A DNA stretch of 63,614 nt, filler included, from Choristocarpus tenellus KU-1152 (GCA_964200185.2; 11 parts of 11 records of this genome joined end to end with filler, not necessarily neighbours in it), one strand, 5' to 3'; positions 1 to 13,572 are shown, counted from the whole stretch's first letter. The notes: generated by a model from the sequence alone, not told the origin. A program made the numbers and translations.

Positions 1-718
1 TCGTCGCTGCGCTGCCCACTGATATGTCCTCTCATTACATACACGGCGCTCTTTTGACCTGCGTGGACTCTGAGTCCCTGCCTAGCCGCCCGCTCACGTC
101 CTCCTGTGCAAGTTCTTCTGGACCTGACAAAGCGTTACAAACGGGTTGGACCCCATCGCCTTCAGAGTCGTGTTCCGAGGGTGTGATTGTATGCCTCCCC
201 CTCGTAGAGTCCTGCTTACCGTACCTACTGCAGAGCTAGGCGATGGGTTATATCTTGTTCCTCTTCATCACCTGGTGGGTTGGGTCTTCCACAAGGTATA
301 GGGGTGGATACGCCACCAGCTAACCATGTCTTCACCAGTGCAATATTGTGGAAGGTGGAGATTTCGTCCATGAGGAGTTGGATACGATCCGGATCAAGGT
401 TGTCCTCGAGGGCAGTGCATGTGATAACGATGCCTCCTGGTCGGGTCTGGAGAAGGGCGACTTCTCTGTCGTGGGTGGCGCTCGTTTCAGACTTGAACCT
501 TTCAAGGTCGTGCTCGGATGTGGCCTTTTTATCTGGCATGATCACAATGTTTGTGGCACGTGTTATCTCTATGATGGTAGAGGAGTAGGCAAAGGACGTG
601 GCGAAGCAGGAGTCAAAACAAGGGATAAGGTAGAGGTTGGTGAGAAGGAGTAACCGAGCCAGGATACAGAGCAGGAGGCAGGGGCTGAGGAAAGGATGGA
701 TGGATTAGAGTACTTGCG

Positions 719-860
719 GAACCAAAGTATCTTAGAGGATACAAACGCGTCCATTTGGGGCCCAAAGTTCAATGTTGCTTTTCTGATGTAATTTGGCTAT
801 TGTGTTTGTTAGGAAGTGTCTATGTCGATGTTCTGGACAAACCTTTTAATAACATGCGGT
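719..860. mobile_element. MITE-A, truncated copy
   Basis: Starts GAACCAAAGTATCTTAGAGGATA and matches the other MITE-A copies for about 140 bp. Confidence 0.8.
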
Positions 861-1359
861 TTGTTAAACTGGGGATTGTTCGAGCCCATAAATCAGGAAG
901 ACAAATAGGGGGCTGGTAACATAGGGTGAAGAGGATGCGTATAGGACTAGCATGTAACCGCGACATAATTTCCCTTCTTTTGCCAGGTTCTGTCGATCGG
1001 TACAACACAGCGAAAGTATGAATCAATCTGTTCGACGAGCAACTTCGCAACACATAAAACCGGAGAACCCTGTGACAATGTTCGTTGTGAAACTGTCAAA
1101 CATCGGTAAGATCTGTCAGAGTCTAGGTTGTGTGTTTGGTATAGGGAACCATGTTTGGATGCTAACCTATGGCGATGTTGTACAATGATGTAATTGCTTG
1201 CCTGTGTGTTCATCACTGGTGTTCAGGGTAATGATGCTTTCGACATGAGGACGGCGTAGCGCTTTCCTCGAAGGCTGCTATTTACTAATATATATCGAAC
1301 GGTAAACTCGATTGACATGGGATGAATATTGAATATGAGAATGCACCAATACCGGACGC

Positions 1360-2005
1360 AGACGGGAAGGATTTACGCGCCGACCACGGTAACATGTAGA
1401 GAGGGCAATCATGCACAGGTTTGCGCTTGATATATGGCAGACAGTAATGAATGAATATCATGTGTTCTGTCGAGCGGTAAAGGTCATAAATATCCAAAGC
1501 GCAGCAAGACTGTTGGGGGTGTGTGTGTCGATTTGAAGCAGTAATCCTGAGCAGGAAAACATTACGTCGAATTTCGAAAGTGAAAGATGAAGATGAAAGG
1601 AATTTACGCGCCGACCCGGGATAGATGTTGGGAAGGCAATCATGCACAGGTTCATGCTTGACATATGGCAGATAGTGATGAATGAATTTGATGTGTTCTG
1701 TCAAACGGTAAAGGCCATCAATTTCCAAAGCGAGGCAAGATAGTTGGGGGTGTGTGTGTCCATTTGAAATACGAACAACCTGAGCAAGAAAACATTACGT
1801 CGAACCGCGAAAGTGAAAGATGAACGTGAAAGGAATTTACGTGCTGACCCGGGTTGGATGTTGGGAGGGCAACCATGCGCAGTTTTGTGCTTGACATAAG
1901 GCAGATGGTAATGAATGAATTTGATGTGTTCTGTCGAATGGTAAGTGCCATCAAATTCCAAAGCGCGGCAAGACGGTTGGGGGGTGTGTATGTGTCCATT
2001 TCAGA
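1360..2005. repeat. Tandem repeat, about 232-bp unit x about 2.8
   Basis: The motif GTTGGGGG-TGTGT recurs at about 1512, 1743 and 1976; overlapping ORF translations are self-similar. Confidence 0.85.
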
Positions 2006-2367
2006 TAGGAACCTTATCGGAAAGGCTCCACAATGGTATCGGAGCCCTTACACGTGCGTATCGAAGGTGTCACCACGTCACCCTGGACAGACGGATGTTG
2101 TGGTGCGTGAAATTGCATCGTGGAATCTTGCTTCTATTTCGGATAAGTTGTCTGATTACTCCCAATATATGTGACTGCAGCACATGTTCCAATTTCGGAA
2201 AAAGGTTCGGTCGAATTCGCTGTAGTCACTTCAGGTGAAAGTCGTTGAATTTATTCTATGTTGGCATGTTCGATGCAAGGTGAAATTTGTAAATGGCGGA
2301 TTGGGATTAGTGTTCAAAATGTAGGCGTTTTAATTTGGTAAGGGCTAGGGTTGATATCATGGGTGCA

Positions 2368-2612
2368 GGTCCAAATATCTTAGGGGTAGGGCCGCGTCCA
2401 TTTGGCGGCTGAATTCAAATGTTGCATTTTTGCTGTAAGTCTTGCCAACATTATTGTTTGGAGATGTCAATGTCCTCTTTCCGAACACTCCTTTCCATAA
2501 TGTAGGCATTGTACTTCTCCAAAATATTTTGGAGTAAGTACAATGCCGTTGAAAACCCGTGGGCAGCCAAGCCTCAAAGGACAACCCCAGCGAAAAACTT
2601 GTGCCCTCAAAC
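2368..2612. mobile_element. MITE-A, degenerate copy
   Basis: GGTCCAAATATCTTAGGGGTAGGGCCGCGTCCATTTGG... follows the MITE-A consensus; right TIR eroded. Confidence 0.8.
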
Positions 2613-2617
2613 ATAGA

Positions 2618-3329
2618 GCATCGAACCTGAAAATGCTGGTGTTACCACTGCTGACAGCTGGTGTGTACACGGTTGTAAAGGTATTAAATACAGCGCATCG
2701 AATCTGAAAATGCTGGTGTTACCACTGCTGACGGGTGGTGTGTACACGGTTGTAAATGTAATAAATACAAGGCATCGGATTTGAAAATGCTGGTGTTACC
2801 ACTGCTGACAGCTGGTGTGTACACGGTTGTAAATGTAATAAATACAGGGTATCGAACCTGAAAATGCTGGTGGTAGCACTACTGACAGCTGGTGTGTACA
2901 CGGTTGAAACGGTAATGGATACAAGGCATCAGATTTGAAAATGTTCGTAGTACCACTGCTGACAGATGGTGTGTACACGGTTGAAACGGTAATGAAGACG
3001 GCATCAGATTAGAAAATGCTGGTGTTACCACTGCTGACAGGTGGTGTGTACACGGTGGAAAATGTAATAAATACAGGGCATCGAATCTGAAATTTTTGTA
3101 TTACCACTGCTGACAGATAGTGTGTACACGGTTGTAAATGTAATAAATACAGGGTATCGAATTTGAAAATGCTTGTAGTACCACTGCTGACAGGTGGTGT
3201 GTATACGGTTGAAACGGTAATGAAGACAGGGCATCGGATTTGAAAATGTTGGTGACACCACCATCTGCAGGTGGTGAGTACATGACTGTAAAGGTACAAA
3301 TACAGGGCATCGAATTTGAAAATGCTGGT
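2618..3329. repeat. 77-bp minisatellite, about 9.3 copies
   Basis: Unit GCATCGAATCTGAAAATGCTGGTGTTACCACTGCTGACAGCTGGTGTGTACACGGTTGTAAATGTAATAAATACAGG repeated head-to-tail. Confidence 0.93.
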
Positions 3330-3351
3330 GGGTCAAAGTATCTGGGGGGGG
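3330..3351. mobile_element. MITE-B terminus at contig end
   Basis: GGGTCAAAGTATCTGGGGGGG. Confidence 0.7.
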
Positions 3352-3451
3352 NNNNNNNNNNNNNNNNNNNNNNNNNNNNNNNNNNNNNNNNNNNNTTAAT
3401 TAATTAANNNNNNNNNNNNNNNNNNNNNNNNNNNNNNNNNNNNNNNNNNNN
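3352..3451. other. Artificial contig linker (N-TTAATTAATTAA-N, stops in all six frames). Others at 7724-7823, 13885-13984, 17904-18003, 22371-22470, 27914-28013, 40194-40293, 43996-44095, 47052-47151, 58223-58322
   Basis: The same 100-bp N/TTAATTAATTAA/N block occurs 10 times; small 10-N gaps also at 6438-6447 and 55052-55061. Confidence 0.97.
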
Positions 3452-3506
3452 TCGGTTCTTTCTATTTACGAAGACCGCGTCCCCCTCCGGCGGGCCGCCT
3501 CGCGGG

Positions 3507-3556
<50 letters not shown>

Positions 3557-4704
3557 GCAGATCCATCACTCCTCAAGATGTGTTTGTACTTATCCATCAC
3601 GTCCTGATACTTTACTTCAATGTAGAATGGGGATTAGGGTTTTGGCGCTTGCCCCTTTGTGTGAGAGGAGAAACATCTTTTCTGCTGTGAGTTGAGGTGC
3701 GCTCTTTTTGGGGGTATATATACCTGATATGCGTCGATATTTAATCATTTTTTTTATATATTTTGTGCTTCTTTTGTGTGTTGACTGTAAACGACTCTTT
3801 TTTACTGCTTGGTAGTGTAGTGCGTAGTGTACAGAGTAAATTATTATTTTTTGTTCTATTGGAAAAAAAAAACTCTGGAACCAGGGCCTAGAGCCCAGGG
3901 CCCGTTACTGATTCCGTTATCAAAGAGACTGACATGCATCATCATCATCATCAGGGGTGCCAATGAGCAGTTTTTGTATGTTCTCCATCTGTTATCTGTA
4001 CCTGGAAGAATCTTACTATGAGGGGACTGGATATCTATACAACTATATACAACTATACAACTATACAACTCGAGCGATGGGTACCTCACCCCCCCATTGA
4101 ATTGTGAAGGCAAATCTTCCGTTGATGGCAGCACCTGAAACTGTCAAACTAGGTGTTAGTTAATTGTGAGACTATGATCACAGGAAAAACATGGATATCC
4201 ATGAGGTTGGACTCCAAGCATGACTTACAGGTGATGAACAAGATGCAGTAGAGGGACATACAGCCCCGTGATCTTGATCTTTCTGTGCCATGTCTCTCAC
4301 CCCACTTCCAAAGGGAACCACAGACTTGAGGAGGTACCTGGTACAGGGTACAATTGACTGCACGTGTACCTGGTTCAAGAGGAAATTAAAGCTTGTAACC
4401 TTGGTGCACTTGCCTAGGTATTGTTTTCAAGAGTGAACACCGGTCCTTATTTTGAACACAGAACATTCTGATGTTTTTTTTTTTTTTGTTAACCTTTTGG
4501 TAGGACCACAAGTGTTTCTGGTGGGGTACAGATAGAGGTGGTTCTTCAACTCATAACAGGCCAATGCAAGTGTGGTCATGCCAGACAGAGAGAGAGAGGG
4601 TACGACCCAATAGTTGAGCAAGACCAAGTACGTTATTGACCCAAGGGTTGGTTCAACTGGACCGACATAATAAATGCATCATGTGAGGTTCAATAACATT
4701 CTCC

Positions 4705-4985
4705 ACCGTGGTACTGGTGGAACCAGTGGTACCAGTGGAACCAGCGGTACCAGTGGAACCAGCGGTACCAGTGGAACCAGCGGTACTGGTGAAAGGTACC
4801 TGTAAAACCAGTGGTACCGGTGAAAGGTAGCAGTGGAACCAGTGGTACCGGTGAAAGGTACCTGTAAAACCAATGGTACCGGTGAAAGGTACCTGTAAAA
4901 CCAATGGTACCGGTGAAAGGTACCTGTAAAACCAGTGGTACCGGTGGAAGGTAGCGGTAGAACCGGGAAGCAATAGTAGTACTGG
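4705..4985. repeat. GGTACC-rich minisatellite (about 18-bp and 30-bp units)
   Basis: ACCAGCGGTACCAGTGGA and ACCAATGGTACCGGTGAAAGGTACCTGTAAA units. Confidence 0.85.
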
Positions 4986-5074
4986 GTACATGAGATTAGC
5001 AGTTTCTGGGAGGGAAGGTACTTGGTGATGACAGATCAGCCAAAAATAGTACCATGACAATAGTGTAACGGATG

Positions 5075-7345
5075 GAATGTTTGCATGGGGTGGGGTGGGA
5101 TGACAGTGTTGCGTGAGTCAGGTGAGTCAGGTGAGTTCGGAACTTAATGCTTAGGGTATGGGACGTGGGTGTTCCGTGATGGATGGAAGGCGTGATCAAT
5201 GTTTTTTGTTTTTTGAGTGCCAACTCTGTCTGTCGACTCTCCCAGTTCAGAGGCGGTACCGACGGTCCAATTTTTTTTACTGATTTGTCGACGAAGAAGT
5301 TATCTGCGCCAAGACTTGGGACCAAGGAGGCTCGTACAGTGAGAGGTGTAGACCAGATTTGAAGATACGAATTGAAATTGACCTTCAATCAGGTAGAGGG
5401 CACGCATCAGTCAGCTCCACGTATGGTTAGAGGTTCCGCAGGAGTCTCATGGACAGGGAGTTGTACCTAGGGTGGTGTGTGCGTGCGTGTGTGTGTGTGT
5501 GTATGTGTGAAGGTACCTGCAGCTGACGAGACTGACATCAGTGGGTATATCAATGGTCATGCCCGAGATGGGGTAATTTTTGACAAAATCAGGTACACGC
5601 CATCACGTCTTAAGAAGAAGTCTTTTGAGGACACAGGAATCAGACTTCTACTAACGAATGCTTGATGGTAGACACACATCACATAACGTCACAAGCGAAG
5701 AGGTGCCCTCTTGACCCAACACACACAGGCAGGATCCCGATCGACATGGATATTTCCACTCCGTTGTTGTTGAGACCCCTATTAGACACAAGAAGAGACT
5801 TGTAGAAGACTTTATCGAGGGCAACACACGCCACCCTAACCCTAACCCTAAAGACCTTTTTAGAGCGCTTGGCGTGAGAAGCCACCTGCGAAGTGGATGA
5901 ACCCTAACCCTAATTGAGACCTCGGAAAAAAGTAGTACGGGGTGAGGCAGGCGGCTTGGCAACAGGCCTTATCATATACATCAAATCCCGCGACTCAGAA
6001 GAGATAGGGCATCCCTGCTACTCCATGGGAGTGCAGGGTGCTGCCTCAGGGGGTATGGGGACAGGACAGACGATGTAGTTCTCTCCCTGGTTGGTTAGTG
6101 GGGCTATTAACAGCGAATACTCCTGTGTCTACTTTTGACAGTTACACACTCCCACCACCAGCCTCCCCCCGAGGGTTCCTAGTTATAGCGCAGTCCACTT
6201 CCCCCTCAGTGACGAAACCCCGCCGCTCCGATGGATGTGCAGGAGTATCCTGTCATTCCTTTTTTCCTTTTCTCAAATTGGGGGGGATTAAGGTGTTCAG
6301 TCAGTACCTTGGGTGGGGGCAACGGATGGATAAATAGGTGGTTTCTAGTCCTTCGCGTCAGTCGGGGGGGGGGGGGGGGGAGATTTTCTGGGGTTTTTTG
6401 ACAGGCCAGTGGGGGGGGGGGGGGTGGTGTCCGCTAGNNNNNNNNNNTTTTGTTGTTGTTTTGGTGTTTTTCTTTTTTTGGTGGGGGGGGGGGGGGGGGG
6501 GGGGGGGGATTTTTTTCGGGGTCTTTGAACGAGCAACTTAGGGTTAGGGTTGTAGTGCTCCGTAGCGTGCTGTAGTGAGGATGAAAGTGACGCGTGTGTC
6601 ACCCCTCGCCCAAAAAGGATCTTCCTCAAGGCTGTTCTCTTCGGACTGTGTCTCTGGTGGCGACAGACATTGATCCTGCCCTGTCTGTTGGAGAGGGTGA
6701 GAGAGTGGCATGTGCTGCTCCCCCTACTGATATCTCAGCCTGCATCTGCCATTGAGGGTTGTGCATGTTTGATGCCTGTGTCCCAAGGATTCTCGTCGAC
6801 ACCTGATTGTGTACCTGATTTTGTCAAAAATGACCCCATCTCGGGCATGACCGTTGATATACTCACTGGTGTTAAGTCTCATCGACTGCGGGTACCTTCA
6901 CACACACACGCACGCACGCCAACCTACGTACATCTCCCTTTCCGGGAGATTCCGGGAGGGGTGGAGCTGGCTCTATCTGTGTGCTGAACTGGTGGGCACA
7001 TTTTGTCTGATTCAAGGTCTAATTCAATTTGATCTTTGGGTTAGGATGAGGGTTAGGGTTAGGGTTAGGGTTATCTTCTCTCTCTGCAAGACTTTTTGGT
7101 CTCAAGTCTTGACGTGGATAACTTGATGCTTGGCAGTAGTGTGATGTGTGATGGCACCATTGGGTCCAGTTCTGGAACTGAGAAGGGGGGTGGACAGAGT
7201 TGTAACTAAAAAAAACCCGTTCACCACGCCTTCAGTCCATAGTAGAACACCCACATCCCAGGCCCCAAACGTGTGTGTTGATCCACCTGTCACAACCCCC
7301 GCGTGATTCACCCAAGACTGTTATCCCACCCCCATACAAGTGTTG
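5075..7345. repeat. Long diverged inverted repeat: arms about 5075-5650 and 6765-7345
   Basis: For example 5568 CATGCCCGAGATGGGGTAATTTTTGACAAAATCAGGTACAC is the near reverse complement of about 6809 GTGTACCTGATTTTGTCAAAAATGACCCCATCTCGGGCATG; colinear matches continue outward. Confidence 0.8.
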
Positions 7346-7637
7346 CATTTATTCATGTTGACCTGTTACACACCCTGTTACAGAGTGGAGGTTGTTGTTG
7401 AGCCTGATAGTTTGCACCTTGCCAGGCTTTTTTTTCCCCGGAACTGTTGGATCCCCAAAGTACTTGGTCCCACTTGTCCTAAGTACTTGGTCCCTCCTGA
7501 TGGTGAGTCACACTCTCTTCCCTCTGTCCTACATGATGATGTTTCATGTGTCATGCAAACTGGTGATTCCTCTGGTCAAGGAGTTTTAAGTTTCCTGTGG
7601 CATTTTGTGTCAGACACGTCACTCCAGCCATAGGAAA

Positions 7638-7723
7638 GACTGAAAGTATCTGGTGGGGGGGGGGGGGGGGGGGGAGTTTCTACACCAGGGTGTCCATTCG
7701 GGTCCGGACCAGGAACAGAGAAC
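7638..7723. mobile_element. MITE-B, truncated by contig end
   Basis: GACTGAAAGTATCTGGTGGGG...TCTACACCAGGGTGTCCATTCGGG. Confidence 0.8.
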
Positions 7724-8179
7724 NNNNNNNNNNNNNNNNNNNNNNNNNNNNNNNNNNNNNNNNNNNNTTAATTAATTAANNNNNNNNNNNNNNNNNNNNN
7801 NNNNNNNNNNNNNNNNNNNNNNNAAGCTGTTCTTTGTCCTTCATTAAAGCACCATCTAAAAGCCGCGGGTCCAGTTTGGGATAGTTCAACAGGACTCTCC
7901 GACAAAATATAAATTCGACAAAATATGCAGTCTGGAAAGGTGTTTATGATTGTCATGCTTTCGCGTATGTCCCTACGAGGGAAAGAAGTGACTTGTTTGA
8001 GAAAGAGACACATTTGAATAACGAGGTCTAACATTTTAAAAGCCCAAGGGATGTTCCACATAGAGGAGTCGGCATGAGTGAAAAGAACAGCGTGCTGAGA
8101 CAAGTGAGAGAGAACAGATATGGGTGAAGGCAACGTGTATGGGTTGTATGGTTGCAGAGGCAAATGATTGGACGTGTTC

Positions 8180-8437
8180 GACCCAAAACATTTCAAGATG
8201 GTAGGACCCCGTCCGTTCGGGGTCATAAATCCAGTGTTGCGATTTTTATTAATTTTGGCTATTGTGCTGTTAGCAAGTGTCAATATCCTTGCTCTGGACA
8301 CACCTTTCATACTCGTATACATTTTAGGTAGCTGTGTTCACACAGAAAACCAAAAAAGGGCATAGAAAAACCGTGGGAAGCCAAGCCCCGAACGGACATA
8401 CAGGGCAAAACTCCTACCCTCTTAAATGCTTTGACTC
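8180..8437. mobile_element. MITE-A, older full-length copy
   Basis: Degenerate TIRs; flanks GTTC/GTTT (4-bp TSD, 1 mismatch). Confidence 0.8.
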
Positions 8438-11093
8438 GTTTGTACAAGTTAGGCGAGGGGAACTGACAATTGAAGCATTCATCATGCGAGGTGTCCACAA
8501 AGAGAGGAGAGGGCATTTGTCTTATTTGTATGGAGATTAATGCTCTAGATAGAGGGGGCACATTGCTTCTGTGAAACTTACCTCCTGCTTCCCTCTATTG
8601 CCATCATCGAGACCAGTGGTTAGCCGGCACCTCTCCAGGTCCGACGTTTATGGGGGGCTGATATGATTGCGTTGCAAACCGAGTAGCGGAAACAGATAGG
8701 GGAAGAGTAGAAGGCACATTTTGTGTTTTGCCACTGGTCCAGCCGGCAGGGATCGTTACACACAGGTTTGGTCCGTTTGGAAGACAATACACCTCCTTCC
8801 CCCTCCAGCACAAATCAATTTCTCTTATCATGGCTGCGTGACGTATTGTATATGGGGTACAACAAACTCAAGATCTTCCCGGATCTATGCCATGTCAACA
8901 CACATACGATGTGTTGTACAATGTTCCTATACACCCGTTGAGTGGATTGGTAATTTTTGGTAGGGAACCTGTCGAAAATTCATCAACACAAATTTGACTA
9001 TCAATGTCTATGTAGGATTGTAAGTGGTGTGTGGAGACGAGGGTTCGGATACGATATTAATAGGTATTTGGAAGAGGGGTTTGTGCGAGTATGTGTCGAT
9101 CGTAAAAGCCTATACACACTCCATATGTACAACCTGCATACCTACATTTTTATATTCCATTTATAGCGACCCCTCTTCTGTCCACATAGACGCAAATACA
9201 TACACACCTATCCCTGAAGTGACCTTTTCCTTTTTGAATTTTATCCACCATCCGAAACCGCCTTCATTCGATCATATTTCACACGAAGCGTACCTCCACC
9301 TCAAGTGTCCATCCGAAAATATATATATATATATATGATATATATATATATATATATATTTAAAATGCAAAAACTACAAAAAATACAAAACGATGCTGTC
9401 CGTAAAAACCACTGCACCCACCCCATCTGCTAACTCAATCACACAAGGAACAAACAAGCAAGTAGAACAACAAAGCAGTCCTCGCCACTCTTCACAAGGA
9501 TGACGAGAACCATCCATCGTCTCTCACATGTGGGATGGTCCGCCAACAGTCACTACAAGACCTGTCCAACACAGGGAATACACTTCGAACTCCCCAGGCG
9601 TGTGCCCCCTATACCCAAAAGGTACGCCTCAGTCGTCATCACCAATGCACATACGTCCATGTAATCCATGCCCCTCGTGAATACAGCAAGTCAGTAATTA
9701 TTGCTTCCGAAATTATCATAGTATATTATATCATTCTATACGATGTCAACCCGTATCTTCGAATCCAATTCCTTGTCACACCGTATTCACGAATCACACC
9801 TAATATACGTCTTCTCGGCGAACCTCTTACCATAGGAAATCGTCCCTGCCACGGCTAAATGACCCCTACGCAGCCGTTAACCCACATCCCATTCATACAA
9901 AACACAATGGAAAGGAGAATTCAACTGAATCGAATGAAAAATTAGACATCCAGAAGAATACACCTCTTCATGCAACATAGGTGCCAAATCAGTATGTATT
10001 ATAATCTCCTATCCTGGACTAAGCAAACGACACAGATTTATGCTCGGGTGTGTCATTACAATAGGTGGGACAGATCGCTTCAACACTCAACCTTGTTCTC
10101 AAATCTACAACTCTTGACACGTTGGCACATCCCTGCCCTCCCTCTGAGACGTACGAAACCACCACAACACACATAGTTTGTTCTATACCTTGTCACACTT
10201 GCGAGGTGACAAACACCACCCATCTAGAACCATCATTTCGGAACACTTTGTTTGATAAATAAAACCCAACCCCAACACTGCATCCGGTATCCACAACACT
10301 AGATCCAATACGTTGACACTTTACTATGCTAAATCCTTACCCCAACATCGTGCACGATAAAACCCTAACGCCACATCAAACACGTTTACACCACTCATGC
10401 ACCAATCCACACACAAGTCTCCATCTTATCCAAAAGACTAAACTGTAGGTTTCTCTCTCAACAAACATAGACATACCCTATTTTGTGATGATATCTCCTT
10501 TCCAACAACACAAGAAGCACCTTTTTCACATTAATGTTAAATTTGTTTTAGGGTGCTCCCTACTTTAGGTTAGGTTACTCAATCACATTAGAAAATTCTG
10601 AATATGACTCTCTTACGTCCGACGACAGAGTGCACACCAATACCGCATTGACTTTCCTTTTGTCAAGAACGCATCCGAAAAATACTGCATATGACTATCT
10701 TACGTCTGACGACAGGGTGCTCACCTTTTCCATAATGACATCCAACGCCTGGTTTTTGTGGTTCGTGGTGTGTACATATTTCCGCCGCATAAAATTTTAC
10801 ACATTCAATGCCAGTCATACCTACATAGATGGACTACCACACAATGTGCATACGTTTCCTATAGCCTGCTTAAGCCTCCATTGTAGCGCCGCGCCCACTC
10901 TCCATCTCTTGCATACATGAAACACAACGCATATAACATCAAACCCACACAACATACCCGCTCAACTCTCGTACCTCCTTTTCAGGAAGAGGGGAGTTGA
11001 GAGACCAAACAAATAGCAGTACTTTTCGGTCTTGGAAGAAATCCAAGACTGACCAAATCCTTCAGCCATTCTGCTTCATGCTTCTCAACCAGT

Positions 11094-11812
11094 ATGGACA
11101 AGGTGAGGGGGGAGGAGACAAGGTACACTTTAAAGGATCTAGCTACTTGGTTCTTGGACGAGGACAAGAGGTTGGCGCCCTTGGAGAGTGCGCTGCGGGA
11201 GTTACTGTCTCAGGGGAAACGTGAACCTGCACCTGATGTCCAGGTCAAGACCTTCCTCAAATCGATCAAGAAAGGCCTTAGAGTGAAGTATCTTAGAGGG
11301 TACGAGTTTTGCCCTGTTTGTCCATTTAGGGCTTGGCTTCCCACAGGTTCTTTATGACATTTTACCTACTCCGAAATGTTTGGGAGTAGGTAGAATGTAT
11401 ACGTTATGAAAATTTGTGTCGGGAACAAGGATATCGGCGCTTCCTAACAACACAATAGCCAAAAATACATCAAAATTGCAACATGGGATTGTGGCCCCAA
11501 AACGGACACAGCTCTATCCTCTAAGTTACTTTGAACATTAACACGGAGCACACTCGCCAGGTCTACAATTCAATCCTCACGGGCATTGCTCCCAATTTTA
11601 AACTACTCAAGGACAGGGTTATGTCCATGTATCAATCCAGTCTGTCGGACACATCCAAGAAATGCATCAAAATCGAGACTCTCCGATCTTCGGCAATGGG
11701 ACGCACAGAATTCGTCCACAATAGGGAGCATCTCTGTGCTGTACCTGTATATGGCATTGGAGAATTAAGCCAGGGACCATTCCAGCTATGGAGGGATGTT
11801 CAGGGCTGGTGA
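11094..11812 (+). pseudogene. Intronless ORF interrupted by MITE-A, possibly retroelement gag-like
   Basis: Removing 11281-11537 and one TTA copy fuses ...FLKSIKKGL with NTEHTRQVYNSILTGIAPNFKLLK... in frame. The gag identity is only a guess. Confidence 0.5.
11281..11537. mobile_element. MITE-A
   Basis: TIR GAGTG(A)AAGTATCTTAGAGGGTA; 3-bp TSD TTA. Confidence 0.9.
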
Positions 11813-12922
11813 GGAGGGGGTGTTTGTTGGGGAAGACAACAAGGTGTTGAATAACAGCTTTGTTGATGAAGTGTCAACAGTTCGCCTGTCGCGTGCAGAC
11901 AGGATGAGTTAGCACACCCAGGTATCTGCGTTGTCCCCCTTCAGGCTATCCTCGTCCCTGACTTCACATACCTTTGTCATAACAACCTGGATGACAAGTT
12001 CACCATCCTGCCTGGACAATGCCAGAGATTCACATCGAATCCAGTCCGCAATCCCTCGGCAGGATACCTGTTAGCTCCTCAAGGCAATGCAGACTCGGAG
12101 AGACACACCCAATGCCAAGTTTGGTCGAGGCACCAGTTTCATCCTGTGCGGTAGTGGGGAAACGCTATTGTGGGGGGGGAGGTCCGCAATGTTGATGCAG
12201 ATGATTCTGGGGCATATATTTGCTTCTGTAGGTTACGAAGAAGGAGAGAACGGCGAGAACTCCTTGTATATCTAGTGCTATACTAACGTTGTGTGTGCTG
12301 ACACAAGCATATATTGTTAAAGTATCTCCCAAATCATCAAAGAGGGTAAAGGTGATACACCCAGCGAGATTGCTTGATGTCTGTAGAGTGGTTAAAGTTA
12401 AGTGGGGCATGCAGCACCCCATAATAAAATAAAATGTCCTTTTATATGAGAAATTTTCTCATACAACTAATCACTAGTAAAAGGTTCTGATAACTCAACC
12501 AGTAATTGATTGTTCCTTTACTCCGTACATATTTTACCATAACTGTCCGATAGAGTTGGAAGAGTATATTCGAACACCCTCCCTAGCTCAAACAACTCTT
12601 ACCAACATACAAGAAAACAATTATGGATCCTAGGAGGAGACTCCTCAGGTCAATCCTGTATGACAAGAAAACAACCAGCTATTGAACTCACTGAAAAGAG
12701 ATAAAATCCTAACAAACACATTCAAATTCAGCAAGAAACAAACCATTAAACATAGTCTAAATTTAGCAAAGCCCCGGCATGCCTCCAAAAAGATACTTCT
12801 GCTAAAGGCTTTGTCAACACATCAGTCCTCCAACTGCCTCTCGGAAGGGACAATCCTTCGAGATCTTGTCCCCCTCCCTAATTCCAAGTTTTCTCTATGG
12901 GGCTGCAGGGATGGAAGTGGTC

Positions 12923-13178
12923 GAGTGAAAGCATCTTAGAGGGTATGGATTTTGCCCAGTTTGTGCATTTGTTGCTTGGCTTTCCATGGGGTTTTTACGA
13001 CAATTTCCTACTCCAAAATGTTTTGAGTAGGTAAAATGTATTCGTTATGAAAAGGTGTGTCCGGAACGTAGATATTGACACTTCCAAACAAACACGATAG
13101 CGAAAATTACATCAGAATCGCAACGTTGGATTTTGACCCCAAATGGACGCGGCTTTACCCTCTAAGATACTTTGGAGT
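12923..13178. mobile_element. MITE-A
   Basis: TIRs; 4-bp TSD GGTC. Confidence 0.92.
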
Positions 13179-13572
13179 GGTCGATTGGATAGAGAAACGT
13201 TCACACAAGCTGTCTATGTAATTGGTCTGTGTAATGGAGAGGGTACCACGCTTACAATCTCTTGTGTAAGTGCAACCAGAAAAATGAGACAATAAGCCAA
13301 GGTTCTTGGTAGGGAACTCATCATTGAGGGAAGCAAGAAGATCATTGCAATCATCACAAGAAGCCAAAACCATCATATCATCCACATGGACGGCACGCAT
13401 CATCTTGACAACACCATCCCTCCTGAATCTAAATATACATGGGTCAATCAAACACTGCTCAAAACCATTACGCTTAAGGGTGGAAACCAGCTTGGTATTC
13501 CAAGTCCTAGAGGCTTCATTTAAACCATAAAGGGACCTGTGAAGGCGTACAGTCGTATATGAAAGATCTCCA

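Noticed and set aside
225-545. 106-aa minus-strand ORF
   Set aside because: No recognisable motif or splice support; cannot be called from sequence alone
2618-3329. CRISPR-like array
   Set aside because: No unique spacers; the whole 77-bp unit repeats; eukaryotic context with no cas genes
3352-3451. Conserved TTAATTAATTAA motif and ORFs ending in LIN
   Set aside because: Artificial contig linker
4653-5060. TGTAGS / VPLVPL repeat ORFs
   Set aside because: Translations of the GGTACC minisatellite; no splice or coding support
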